NCBI GenBank assembly: GCA_963739455.1
Contig: CAVUAK010000001.1
Span: 1,568,001 to 1,632,000 of the forward strand
DNA length: 64,000 nt
Direction of reading: 5' to 3'
Source: an uncultured Gemmatimonadales bacterium
Lineage (GTDB): Bacteria; Gemmatimonadota; Gemmatimonadetes; Gemmatimonadales; GWC2-71-9
Shown: in pieces, positions 30,312-39,161 of the stretch
How positions within the stretch are numbered: position 1 is the first letter of the stretch
Layout of the letters: each line of letters opens with the position of its first letter
The notes under the pieces: model-generated
Database searches by the model: none
Told to the model about the DNA's origin: nothing
Seen by the model: only the letters and a program-made list of their open reading frames with translations
Made by a program: the position numbers and the translations under genes

Positions 30312-30629
30312 CGCGCACCGGTTTCTAGGCCCGAGGCATCTCGTCGTGGAACTCATTGACAGTGAAGTAGTTGACTCGTGTTAAGTCGGCGAATGCGCCA
30401 TTTGAAGTGCGACGCTCTGCCACTCTTGAGGTTCACGGCCAGTGGAAGCGCGCAGGGCCAAGGTGCGCCCACAAGCTCGGCGGCGCCCAGGGCGGTGGAC
30501 GGACACCGCTGCGGTGCCACCGCAACAGGCCTCGGCTTTGATGTGGTGGACACTGGCGTGAAAACCTGAAGGGCACGAAGCTTCGCAGTGAAAAGCGTCG
30601 CGGAAACCGGCGGTTTTATTGGGGTTGGG

Positions 30630-30645
30630 CGGCAGGCTTTTTGCC
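30630..30645 (+). promoter_or_regulatory. Sigma-54 promoter candidate upstream of the HTTM operon
   Basis: CGGCAGG-CTTT-TTGCC, ~52 nt before the ATG at 30698. Confidence 0.5.
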
Positions 30646-30697
30646 CGGATAGTTGAGCGGATCATAGATCAAGAGTACGCATCCCGGGAGGCCGCAG

Positions 30698-31504
30698 ATG
30701 GAACGATTCGAGAAGGGTGAGCCGACCGGCGCCTCGCCGCGGGATTCATTCTCGGTCTTGGTCCTGGGTTTGCTGATCATCGGGCTCCTCGCCATGGTCG
30801 CCCTCAGGTCTGGTGACGCAATCCTTGTTCGCGCTTATCATGGCGACATGGGTCTCGCGAGCCGGATACTTGCGGGCAGGGCAGTTACACCAATCGAGCG
30901 CTATCTCGCGTACTGGGACCACATCGTTCGACAGAGCGCTATTATCGCGGGATTCTGCGTTCTTGCCGTTGCGTTGGCATCCAGCAGCGCCATGCAGCGG
31001 TTCCTTGAACGCAAGCTGGCCAGTGCGCCGAAGGAAATCGAGGTCACGAGCACAGCGCGCGCTCGCTTGCCATTCATCGTCGCCACGATTTTCCTCTTCC
31101 TTCAAGGGCTGGCCATTCTCACGGAGCAAGAGCTCTGGCCCTTCAGTCCCTACCGGATGTACGCGGAGATCCAAACTAGCCAGCTTGAATCGTTCCAGGC
31201 CTGGGCCGTCACGGACTCGGGTGAGAGACCGCTTTATGCTGACGACTTTCTCCCGCCGTTCAACAATGCACGCCTGTCGCAGGCTATCGAACTGCTGGGC
31301 GCCGAGGGTGATTCAAGTGATGTCAGGCGTGGTGCCCAAAATCTGCTGCAACTGTACGAGCACGCACGGGTGGCAGGGCTTCACGATGGACCGCCGATAG
31401 AGGGTATTCGAATGTACGCGGTTCGATGGACGATTGAACCCGAGCTGAGGAACGTCACGACTCCTGACGCCCGCCATCTGGTCGGCGAGTACAAGTCCCC
31501 GTGA
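30698..31504 (+). CDS. Hypothetical membrane protein, HTTM-partner-like (WPFSPYRMY motif)
   Basis: GGAGG RBS, three TM segments, then a soluble domain. The stop overlaps the next start (GTGA). Confidence 0.75.
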   Translation: MERFEKGEPTGASPRDSFSVLVLGLLIIGLLAMVALRSGDAILVRAYHGDMGLASRILAGRAVTPIERYLAYWDHIVRQSAIIAGFCVLAVALASSSAMQRFLERKLASAPKEIEVTSTARARLPFIVATIFLFLQGLAILTEQELWPFSPYRMYAEIQTSQLESFQAWAVTDSGERPLYADDFLPPFNNARLSQAIELLGAEGDSSDVRRGAQNLLQLYEHARVAGLHDGPPIEGIRMYAVRWTIEPELRNVTTPDARHLVGEYKSP

Positions 31505-32844
31505 ACGCTACAGCTCCCTGGAGTGCGGCCATTCAAGGTTCCAGGTGGATCCGCGCTCGGTTCGGCGAGTACCTCCTCGCGCCCATGTCAGTTGCCGAAA
31601 CCGGATGGTTTCGGATGGGGTTCTTCGCGATTGTTCTGAGCAGCTCCTTTATCGGCCAGCGGTACGTGACCCTGTGGAGCGAGGTCGACGAGGTATTCTG
31701 GCGACCGATGCTTCTGGGCCGCATGCTGCACATCCACCCTGGGTCAGCAGGGCTGCTCGCTATCCTGCTCGTCGTATGGAGGGTGGCACTGGGACTCGCG
31801 GCGATTGGTCTCTTCACCAGCTTCAGCACTCGCATTGCGGCACTCCTCGGCGTCTATCTCTTGGCACTTCCTCACACCTTCTCAAAGGTAGATCACGGCG
31901 ACACCATGGTTGCCCTGGGCCTCCTGCTCTTCGCCATCGTGCCGAGTGGCGGCGGATGGTCTTTCGATTCGCTGATCCGTCGTGCGAGACATCCGGAACC
32001 CATGCGCGCGGGCTCTGACACTGACAGGCTCACTGCGGGGGCCGGTTGGCACGTACAGCTGTTCAAGATGCTGCTCCCTTTGGCATTCTTCAGCGCCGGT
32101 ATCGCGAAGCTGCGTGTAAGCGGACTGTGGGCGTGGGCCAGTGCAGACAACCTCCGATATCAAGCGCTTCGTCACTTTTACACCCATAGGCCTCCGACCC
32201 AGATTGCCCAATGGATCGCTAGCTATCCCATCCTGACCCAGAGCCTGGCGATCAATACCCTAGTGATCGAGCTTGGCGCTCCGCTCTTGGTCGTGCTCCG
32301 CGGCTTTTGGCTGCTTGCGGCGCTTGGAGCCGTCGCGGGCATGCAGATCGGTTTCTGGCTCATCCTGGGCGTTTTCTTCTTCCACCTACTGCTGCTGATC
32401 CTCTTTTTCTTCCTTCCCTGGCGCTCCATCGCCGCCCTGCTGCGCGCCCGTTGGCCCGCGGTGCCGATGGATGTGCTGTTTGATGGGTCTTGCGGGATCT
32501 GCCAACAGACAATGTCGGTCCTTAGAGGTCTGGATGTTTTCGGTCGCCTCCGCAGACGCGACGTCCTTGCCGACTGGAGAGGGATCTCGGTTGATCATCC
32601 TGCTCTAAGTCAGGACCGCTGTCTCGACACAATGCACGTCATCGCCTCGGATGGCGTGTACACGGGATTTGAGGCGTATCGACGCATGGCCCGCGTCCTT
32701 CCGCTCATTTGGCTGGTCCTGCCGCTCCTATATCTTCCGCCTGTCCCTTGGTTTGGCCGGCGCATTTATGCGCGCGTTGCGCACTCGAGGCTCCTCAATG
32801 GTTGCCCCATCCCGGAGCGCTCCGGTGTCGGGCCAATTGCCTGA
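31501..32844 (+). CDS. HTTM-domain membrane protein fused to a DCC-family (DUF393) thiol-disulfide oxidoreductase
   Basis: WFRMG, GLFT, FFSAGIAKL...W, TLVIEL. C-terminal VLFDGSCGIC...GFEAY...IYARVA. Confidence 0.8.
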   Translation: MNATAPWSAAIQGSRWIRARFGEYLLAPMSVAETGWFRMGFFAIVLSSSFIGQRYVTLWSEVDEVFWRPMLLGRMLHIHPGSAGLLAILLVVWRVALGLAAIGLFTSFSTRIAALLGVYLLALPHTFSKVDHGDTMVALGLLLFAIVPSGGGWSFDSLIRRARHPEPMRAGSDTDRLTAGAGWHVQLFKMLLPLAFFSAGIAKLRVSGLWAWASADNLRYQALRHFYTHRPPTQIAQWIASYPILTQSLAINTLVIELGAPLLVVLRGFWLLAALGAVAGMQIGFWLILGVFFFHLLLLILFFFLPWRSIAALLRARWPAVPMDVLFDGSCGICQQTMSVLRGLDVFGRLRRRDVLADWRGISVDHPALSQDRCLDTMHVIASDGVYTGFEAYRRMARVLPLIWLVLPLLYLPPVPWFGRRIYARVAHSRLLNGCPIPERSGVGPIA

Positions 32845-32902
32845 GCAATCTAAGTCTCTGCCATTGAGCGTCACTAGTCTGGTGGTGCACTCCGGGCGAG
32901 CG

Positions 32903-34408
32903 ATGCAAATCGGCATCATGGCGCTGACGGGCTTGCTTGTGTCCGTCGGGTTCGCGTTGATGCTGCGCAACAACAGCACCCTCAGCATTTGGACAGATGA
33001 GGCGTACTCCCTCCACACAGCTACTCAGTCGCTCGGAAACGTTTGGAGCGAGAGTCTGGGCCTTCAGCGGCAGGGGCCCGTCTACTTTCTCTCCCTCGCC
33101 ACCTGGCTCAAGCTCGCTCCCGGTTTGTGGGGAGCTCGCCTGCTGTCGACCGTGTTTGTTGGGGGTGCGGTGCTCTTCGCTGGGCTCACGGCGCGTGACG
33201 TCATGCCAAGGGACCGTTGGTTGTACCCCCTGCTCGTCGCGCTGTGCCCATATACGCTCTGGGCCGGCTCCGAAGCCCGCGTGTACGCGATGAGCCTCTT
33301 CCTCGCGTCCCTGTCGACATACCTCCTTCTCAGGGCGCTCGCGCAGCCGCGCCCCCTCGTCTACTGGATCGGCTACGCACTCACGACCGCCTTTGGAGTC
33401 ATCGCGTTCTACCCGATGGCCCTGCTTCCCGTCGGTCAGGTGCTGGCGGCCTACGCAGTCGGTTCGCGGGAGGCGCGCCGCAGCCTGTGCATCGCCGCTG
33501 GAGGTACGATCCTGATGCTCCTGCCATGGGTGCCGATTGCCTGGTCGCAGGTGAGCCAAAGCTGGCTGCCAGAATGGAACAACCTCATCCAGCCGTTCGA
33601 TGCGCCACAGCAGCATGTCTCCATGATCGGGAGCATCGTGAATGCCGCGGGCTTCATGGCCGGCTCGGTGATGCGCTCACCGATCATCATCGATCGTGCA
33701 CCGGTGCGACTTTTTGCGATTCTCCTGGTCCTCGTCGCCGGCGGCATTGCAGTTGCCCGTGGCAAGACAGCGATGAACCCGGCTTGCCGCTTCTTCTTGC
33801 TCTGCTTCGGGATCATCGCGTCCGGCCTCATCCTGCTCATCGTGCTTCGGCCCGGCTTGATCCGGGATCGCTACGCGGTGATTCTCGTCGTGCCCACCAT
33901 GGCCGCCATCGCCAGTTGCGTCACTGCAATTCCGGCTGAACGCCTGCGCACCGTGCTGGTCGTGGCCTGGTGCGGGCTAATGGGCGTCTCGATGATCAGT
34001 TACCAGCGCAACAACCAAAGCGTGCAGGACTGGCGCGGAATCTCGACCTACATCGCCGCGAGGGGGCAGCCGCACGAGCCCATTCTCGTTCATTCCGCCG
34101 ACGGTGTGCTGCCTCTAAAGTTCGAGATGCACGGCTCTAACCCGGTGCGCGGCATCCCTGCCGAGCCCGATCTTGTGGTCTATGACCCCGGCGAGTTGCG
34201 TGTCTCCTCCGTCGCGCAGGTCGATTCCGCCTTGACTCCGCTTCTGTCGGGGCAGGGGACCATCTGGCTGGTCCTCAACCGATCGCTGACTCCCCGCTTC
34301 GGGACGGCGTATGTCGACCAGTTCAGGGTGGCGTCACTGCGGACGATCGATTCGGTAAGTGCGCCCGGGCTATCGGCGTATCACGTACAGTTACGGTCGC
34401 AGAACTAG
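32903..34408 (+). CDS. GT-C glycosyltransferase (GT39/PMT_2, ArnT-like)
   Basis: SIWTDEAYS, GPVYF, EARVYA, DRY, QDWRG. Multi-TM. The start is uncertain. Confidence 0.8.
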   Translation: MQIGIMALTGLLVSVGFALMLRNNSTLSIWTDEAYSLHTATQSLGNVWSESLGLQRQGPVYFLSLATWLKLAPGLWGARLLSTVFVGGAVLFAGLTARDVMPRDRWLYPLLVALCPYTLWAGSEARVYAMSLFLASLSTYLLLRALAQPRPLVYWIGYALTTAFGVIAFYPMALLPVGQVLAAYAVGSREARRSLCIAAGGTILMLLPWVPIAWSQVSQSWLPEWNNLIQPFDAPQQHVSMIGSIVNAAGFMAGSVMRSPIIIDRAPVRLFAILLVLVAGGIAVARGKTAMNPACRFFLLCFGIIASGLILLIVLRPGLIRDRYAVILVVPTMAAIASCVTAIPAERLRTVLVVAWCGLMGVSMISYQRNNQSVQDWRGISTYIAARGQPHEPILVHSADGVLPLKFEMHGSNPVRGIPAEPDLVVYDPGELRVSSVAQVDSALTPLLSGQGTIWLVLNRSLTPRFGTAYVDQFRVASLRTIDSVSAPGLSAYHVQLRSQN

Positions 34409-35463
34409 CGGGAACTCACAGGCGGTCCGGCGGTCGAATTGGCGTTCACCAGCCACGACAAGGCACCTGCAAGCGCCCAGTCGGTGTACTTTTCATTGCC
34501 CTCCCTTGTCACATGGTCGAAGTCATCGGCAAAATCGGCGTCCGTCAGCGGCGACGTAGTTGTCATGTCGACGACCGCTGCTCCATACGGTTCCGCGATC
34601 CTCCGGACTTCGTCGGCAAACGTCGAAAGGGTCGTGCTGAGGGCGAGCGGGCTGATCGTCCCTGGCTTCCTGGGATACAGGATGATCGTCACGTCGATGC
34701 CGCGTGCCTGGAATGACGTCAGGATGTTGCGGAGCGACTGCATCTGAGTCGAGTCACCGATGCACTGGGCGCCGCGCTCCATGGCGCGCTGCCAGCTCGC
34801 ATTACGCTGGTTGAGGTCGCTGGCGACTTCGTCCGCTGGCACAGGTCGGAAGCGCTGCCTGAGCAGGGGCAGGAGCATCTGCTGGCTCCGGTTGCGCACC
34901 AACACCGATACGCGCATCAGGCGCGACCAGTGATACTGCAGGAAGTTACGATTGTACGCGTTGAGTCCGTTTTGGCGCACGTCTTCCAGAAAATCGATAG
35001 TAGTCCAGGCGCGAGCAGGCAGGTTCGGCACATATCCGCCAGCGGTGCCGGGCGCGCAGGAATCCCACCACTCTGTCAGCAGGATCGCGTGACGCACGGC
35101 ACTCTTGTCGCCGAGTTCAGGCCAGACCCGGTGATTCAGCAACCACTCGTAGCTGCTGAGCTTGCCCCATTCCAGCGGTACCGCGACGATCCGCTGCTGG
35201 CCCGCAGTTCGCTTCGCCACCTCGGCCCCGACCTGGTCGAAGGTTCGCGCATGGCTCGAGCCGATGACGAGCACAGTCGGGTTGACCTGCCGCATGTCGC
35301 TGATCGCGTCGTCGACCTCGCGCCGCGGTCGTGGGTAGGCGCTAAGGCGCGCAAGGGCGATGTCGAGGCCAGCCACTGCCACGACAGCGAACAATGCGAC
35401 GATGGCGACGTTTCGCCATGTCTTGCTGACGGGAGCTGAACCCGATTCGAGCGGGGCGCTCAC
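34405..35463 (-). CDS. Membrane-anchored SGNH-like (DltD/AlgJ-like) putative acyltransferase
   Basis: Single N-terminal TM, VLVIGSS (block I Ser), C-terminal DDFDHV..EGN (DxxH). Confidence 0.7.
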   Translation of the reverse strand: MSAPLESGSAPVSKTWRNVAIVALFAVVAVAGLDIALARLSAYPRPRREVDDAISDMRQVNPTVLVIGSSHARTFDQVGAEVAKRTAGQQRIVAVPLEWGKLSSYEWLLNHRVWPELGDKSAVRHAILLTEWWDSCAPGTAGGYVPNLPARAWTTIDFLEDVRQNGLNAYNRNFLQYHWSRLMRVSVLVRNRSQQMLLPLLRQRFRPVPADEVASDLNQRNASWQRAMERGAQCIGDSTQMQSLRNILTSFQARGIDVTIILYPRKPGTISPLALSTTLSTFADEVRRIAEPYGAAVVDMTTTSPLTDADFADDFDHVTREGNEKYTDWALAGALSWLVNANSTAGPPVSSR

Positions 35464-37448
35464 TTGGACTCCGCGGCGCCGAGCTGTGTCGCGACGGACA
35501 GCGACGGATGCCGTGAAATAGCCGCGAGCGAAGCAGGGTTCCTGAGTGAGCTGAGGTTCGCGGGGACCTTCCCGTTCAGCACGTCCCGTGCAGCCCGCTC
35601 ACTCACCTTGCCGCTGAACGTTTGTGGAAGGTCCGTCACCTCAGCGATGACGGCCGGCACGTGATTCACCGACAGCGTCGTGGCGAGCATCTTCTTGAGT
35701 TGCAGTGTCAGCTTCCGGTCGAGGGACTTGCCAGTGGCCATCGTAAGCAAGAGAACGAGCCGGCTCCCTCCCGGTTCACGACTGTCTATCTGCTCGACGG
35801 CGAGGGCCTCGGACACCTCCGGCACTCGCTGCAGGGCATTGTAGATCTCCGCCGGACCGATCCGGACTCCACGGATGTTGAGGACGCCGTCTGTGCGGCC
35901 GAGCACTCGCGCGGTATTCCGGGGAGTGAGGGTGATCAGGTCCCCGTGCGTCCAGACACACGGATGCTGGTCGAAGTAAGAGGCGCGCATCCGCTCCCCA
36001 CCGGGATCATTGAGAAAGCCGACCGGACGTGAGGGGAAGGGCGTGCAGCAAACGAGCTCGCCGGTGCCGACCACCATTGGACCGTCGTCAACCCAGGCGC
36101 GCACGTCGAGGCCAAGGCTGAGGCACTGACTTTCGCCGGCAAACACCGGCAACTCCGGGTTGCCCAGCACAAAGCAGCCAATGATGTCGGTTCCGCCGGA
36201 GATCGATTGCACAAGGCACCCGCCGAACGCGGCGGTGGCCCACTCATGGAGGTCGTCGCGCAAGACAGAGCCGGTGGAGAGAACGGACCGGACCCCTGAC
36301 ACGTCGCCACGTGTTCGGGGCTCGATGGACGCCTCCCGGAGCATCTGCAGGTAGGTCGGATTTGTCCCGAAGACGGTGACGCCCCGGGCAAGGGCTGTGA
36401 CCAGCAGGCTGTCAGGCTCAGGATACGTGACCGAGCCATCATAGACCACGATCTCCGCGCCCGTACCGAGACCGGAGAGCAGCCAATTCCACATCATCCA
36501 GCCGCACGTGGTCTGGTACAGCATCACGTCGCCGTACCCAAGGTCGCCGTGCAGACGGTGCTCCTTGAGGTGCTCGAGCAGGGTCCCACCCACACCGTGC
36601 ACGATGGCCTTGGGGCGCCCAGTCGTCCCGGAGCTGTAGAGCACGAAGAGTGGATGGTCGAACGGGACCCTCGGCCACTCGTGCTCGCCGTCGCCAGGCT
36701 TCGCAGCTGCACTCAGGCTCTGGATGGTGTGAGTCGGGCAACCCCCCGTTGCGGCGGCGCCATCCAGTGCAATGATCCCAGCAATGCTCGGAATATCCCG
36801 CGAGAGTCGACTGAGTACATCCGTCACGTTGCGGACGACACCGTGATGCTGGAACTGTCCATGCGCCACCAGCAGCCTGGGCTCGAACTGCCCAAAGCGC
36901 TCCCGGATCGCGTCATAGCCGAGATCTGGCGAGAGCGCGCTCCACACAGCACCGCGACCGGTCACCGCGAGGCAAGCCACCGCCGTGTCGATAGTGTTCC
37001 GCACGATAGCGGCAACATGGTCCCCAGGACCGATACCGAGCTGTTCAAGTCCCCCAGCCAGTGCAGAAACACGCGCGCGGAGCTCACCCCTCGAGATCGA
37101 GCTGGTCGCGCCCGCCTCGTTCACCTCTCGGATGGCGGGCCAGCTGTCATCACCGGGAAGCTGGCGCAGCAGGTTCTCAGTGTAGTTGAGGCGAAGCTCC
37201 GGAAAAAACCGGGCACTCGCGATCTCGTCTCCGGTGCAAACCGGGTAGATCGAGCCAATGGCGATCAACCCGCTCCAGTCCAGGAATGCCTCCCAGAACG
37301 CGCGAAAGTGCTGTATGGAGAAGGCGTGAAGGTTATGCCACTCACCGAGATCGACCCCCACCTTTGCCTGCAGGAAGTCGCGGAACTCGCCGAGGTCGGT
37401 GGCCGACTGCGCAGGTGGTTGCCATAATGGTGCCAGGGTGCTGGTCAT
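35460..37448 (-). CDS. Acetoacetate--CoA ligase family acyl-adenylate-forming enzyme
   Basis: LNYTENLL, FDHPLFVLYSSGTTGRPKAIVHGVGG, TTCGWMMWNW, SISGGTDIIGCF, WTHGD, GVRIGPAEIY, SGKVSE, LRNP. Confidence 0.9.
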   Translation of the reverse strand: MTSTLAPLWQPPAQSATDLGEFRDFLQAKVGVDLGEWHNLHAFSIQHFRAFWEAFLDWSGLIAIGSIYPVCTGDEIASARFFPELRLNYTENLLRQLPGDDSWPAIREVNEAGATSSISRGELRARVSALAGGLEQLGIGPGDHVAAIVRNTIDTAVACLAVTGRGAVWSALSPDLGYDAIRERFGQFEPRLLVAHGQFQHHGVVRNVTDVLSRLSRDIPSIAGIIALDGAAATGGCPTHTIQSLSAAAKPGDGEHEWPRVPFDHPLFVLYSSGTTGRPKAIVHGVGGTLLEHLKEHRLHGDLGYGDVMLYQTTCGWMMWNWLLSGLGTGAEIVVYDGSVTYPEPDSLLVTALARGVTVFGTNPTYLQMLREASIEPRTRGDVSGVRSVLSTGSVLRDDLHEWATAAFGGCLVQSISGGTDIIGCFVLGNPELPVFAGESQCLSLGLDVRAWVDDGPMVVGTGELVCCTPFPSRPVGFLNDPGGERMRASYFDQHPCVWTHGDLITLTPRNTARVLGRTDGVLNIRGVRIGPAEIYNALQRVPEVSEALAVEQIDSREPGGSRLVLLLTMATGKSLDRKLTLQLKKMLATTLSVNHVPAVIAEVTDLPQTFSGKVSERAARDVLNGKVPANLSSLRNPASLAAISRHPSLSVATQLGAAESK

Positions 37449-37708
37449 GGCGCGGGCTGGAGGCGCCGAACCTGGCCAACGATCTTCCCCAAGCTGTCGA
37501 AGTTCTCGCGCGTCAGGCTCTTTCGATCGACGGTGATGCCGTAGCGCTGCTCCAGATACACCACGAGCCGAACGAATCCAAGGCTGTCGAGAATGCCATT
37601 CTCGATGAACGAGCGCTCGTCATCGCCGATCAATGTCTCGGCGTCGCCGAAATGCACGTTGTCATCGAGCCAGTCGATGACGTCGCGGCGGATATCAGAA
37701 CTGGGCAT
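37445..37708 (-). CDS. Acyl carrier protein (87 aa)
   Basis: GILDSLGFVRLVVYLEQRYGI...ENFDSL. Confidence 0.9.
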   Translation of the reverse strand: MPSSDIRRDVIDWLDDNVHFGDAETLIGDDERSFIENGILDSLGFVRLVVYLEQRYGITVDRKSLTRENFDSLGKIVGQVRRLQPAP

Positions 37709-39149
37709 AGATGAACGCCCCGTCGCCGATCGGCGCGAAGAGCAGCAGGAAGGCGATGAGCGCACCATACGCAAGCCCGCGTACCGGTGCGGGCAGCCGG
37801 AACAGCCGGTCACGGATGCGCGTACCGAGTGAGGATGACTGCCCGTGGTAGGCTGCCACGATCACAACGGCCAGCAGCAGGGTCTTGCTCGTCAGTACCA
37901 GCGAGTCGTTGCCACCCTGTAGGAGGCCTGGCCAGAAGCGCGCGATGTCACCCAGCGTCGCGGCGCGGAACGGCAACATGCTGGCGACGAAGAAAAACTG
38001 CGTGACGGCCCAGGCAAACATCAGGTACGGGGTACTGCGGCGCAGCGTGACCCAGCGCCGGTCGGCGCGCGACCTCCGCTTGAAAGCCTCATCCCACCAG
38101 GCATGCACGGCGAGCCCGATCCCCTGAACGAGCCCCCACAGGACGAAGGGCCAGGTGGCCCCGTGCCAGAGACCGGAGAAAAGGAACACGGCGGTGAACG
38201 CGGCCGGAATACTCTTCTTGAACCAGCCCTTCCCTGTCGTCATGGGAACGAAGAGGTACTCGAAGAGCCAGGTGCTTAGGCTGATGTGCCAGTTGCGCCA
38301 GAAGGCGAGCAGGTTCGTGGTGGCGAAGGGGAATGCAAAGTTCCGGGGCAGTTCCAGCCCCAGCAACTTGCCGGCACCAATGGCGATGGCGCTGTACCCG
38401 CCGAAGTCGCACAGTACTTGTCCGGCATAACAAGCCAGGGCAACCCAGTGAGAGATCGTGTTGAAGCGCTCGGGGTCGGCGAACACCGGATTGACCGACT
38501 GGGCGAAGATCGGGGCGAGGTAGAGTTTCGCAAAGAGCCCGAAAAGTATGTGTGTGGCACCAGATGCCCATTGTTCCGCCCGGGGGCTCCGAGGAGCGGC
38601 CAACTGTGGTAGCATGGCGCGCGCGCTGCTGATCGGACCAGCAAGGAGTTGGGGAAAGAACGATACAAAGAGGGCATAGTCGAGCAGTGACTCCGACGGA
38701 AACACCCGCTCATGGTAGACGTCGATCAGGTAGCCCAGCTTGCTCAACGTGTAGAAGGAGAGCCCGATCGGAATCGCGAGGTGCAGCAGCGGAAGCGCCG
38801 ATGGAAACCCGGCGCTCGTCAGCAGGGAGTTGAGGGACGATGCCAGGAAGGGCTCGTACTTGAGCAGTGCCAGCACGCCGACATTGACGGCGATTCCCGA
38901 CAGGAACGCTGCTTGTCGTAGACGAGGCCTGCCGGAAGAACCGCCAGCTACCATCAGCCTGGCGACGGCGAAGTCACATAGCGTGAGCGCGACAAGGAGC
39001 GGGAGGAGCCTCAGGCTCCACGAAGCGAAGAAGAGGTAACTCGCCAGCAGCAGGAGCGCATTCTGCAGCATCCGCTGGCGCGGCATGAGCCAATACAGTG
39101 CCCAGACCACCGGAAAGAAGAACGCGAACTCAATGGCGGCGAGACTCAC
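37695..39149 (-). CDS. MBOAT family O-acyltransferase (AlgI/DltB-like)
   Basis: PIGLSFYT, FFPQLLAGPI, DFGGYS, FWRNWHISLSTW, SGLWHG, C-terminal FIYAQF. Confidence 0.92.
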   Translation of the reverse strand: MSLAAIEFAFFFPVVWALYWLMPRQRMLQNALLLLASYLFFASWSLRLLPLLVALTLCDFAVARLMVAGGSSGRPRLRQAAFLSGIAVNVGVLALLKYEPFLASSLNSLLTSAGFPSALPLLHLAIPIGLSFYTLSKLGYLIDVYHERVFPSESLLDYALFVSFFPQLLAGPISSARAMLPQLAAPRSPRAEQWASGATHILFGLFAKLYLAPIFAQSVNPVFADPERFNTISHWVALACYAGQVLCDFGGYSAIAIGAGKLLGLELPRNFAFPFATTNLLAFWRNWHISLSTWLFEYLFVPMTTGKGWFKKSIPAAFTAVFLFSGLWHGATWPFVLWGLVQGIGLAVHAWWDEAFKRRSRADRRWVTLRRSTPYLMFAWAVTQFFFVASMLPFRAATLGDIARFWPGLLQGGNDSLVLTSKTLLLAVVIVAAYHGQSSSLGTRIRDRLFRLPAPVRGLAYGALIAFLLLFAPIGDGAFIYAQF

Positions 39150-39161
39150 GTCAGTCGACCC

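Noticed and set aside
30353..30665. Small ORFs (66, 63 and 94 aa) in the divergent intergenic region
   Set aside because: No recognisable motif or clear RBS, and one overlaps a promoter candidate.
35460..37448. Housekeeping ketone-body/leucine catabolism role for the acetoacetate-CoA ligase
   Set aside because: No catabolic neighbours, and the gene overlaps an ACP and an SGNH-like gene. Disfavoured but not excluded.
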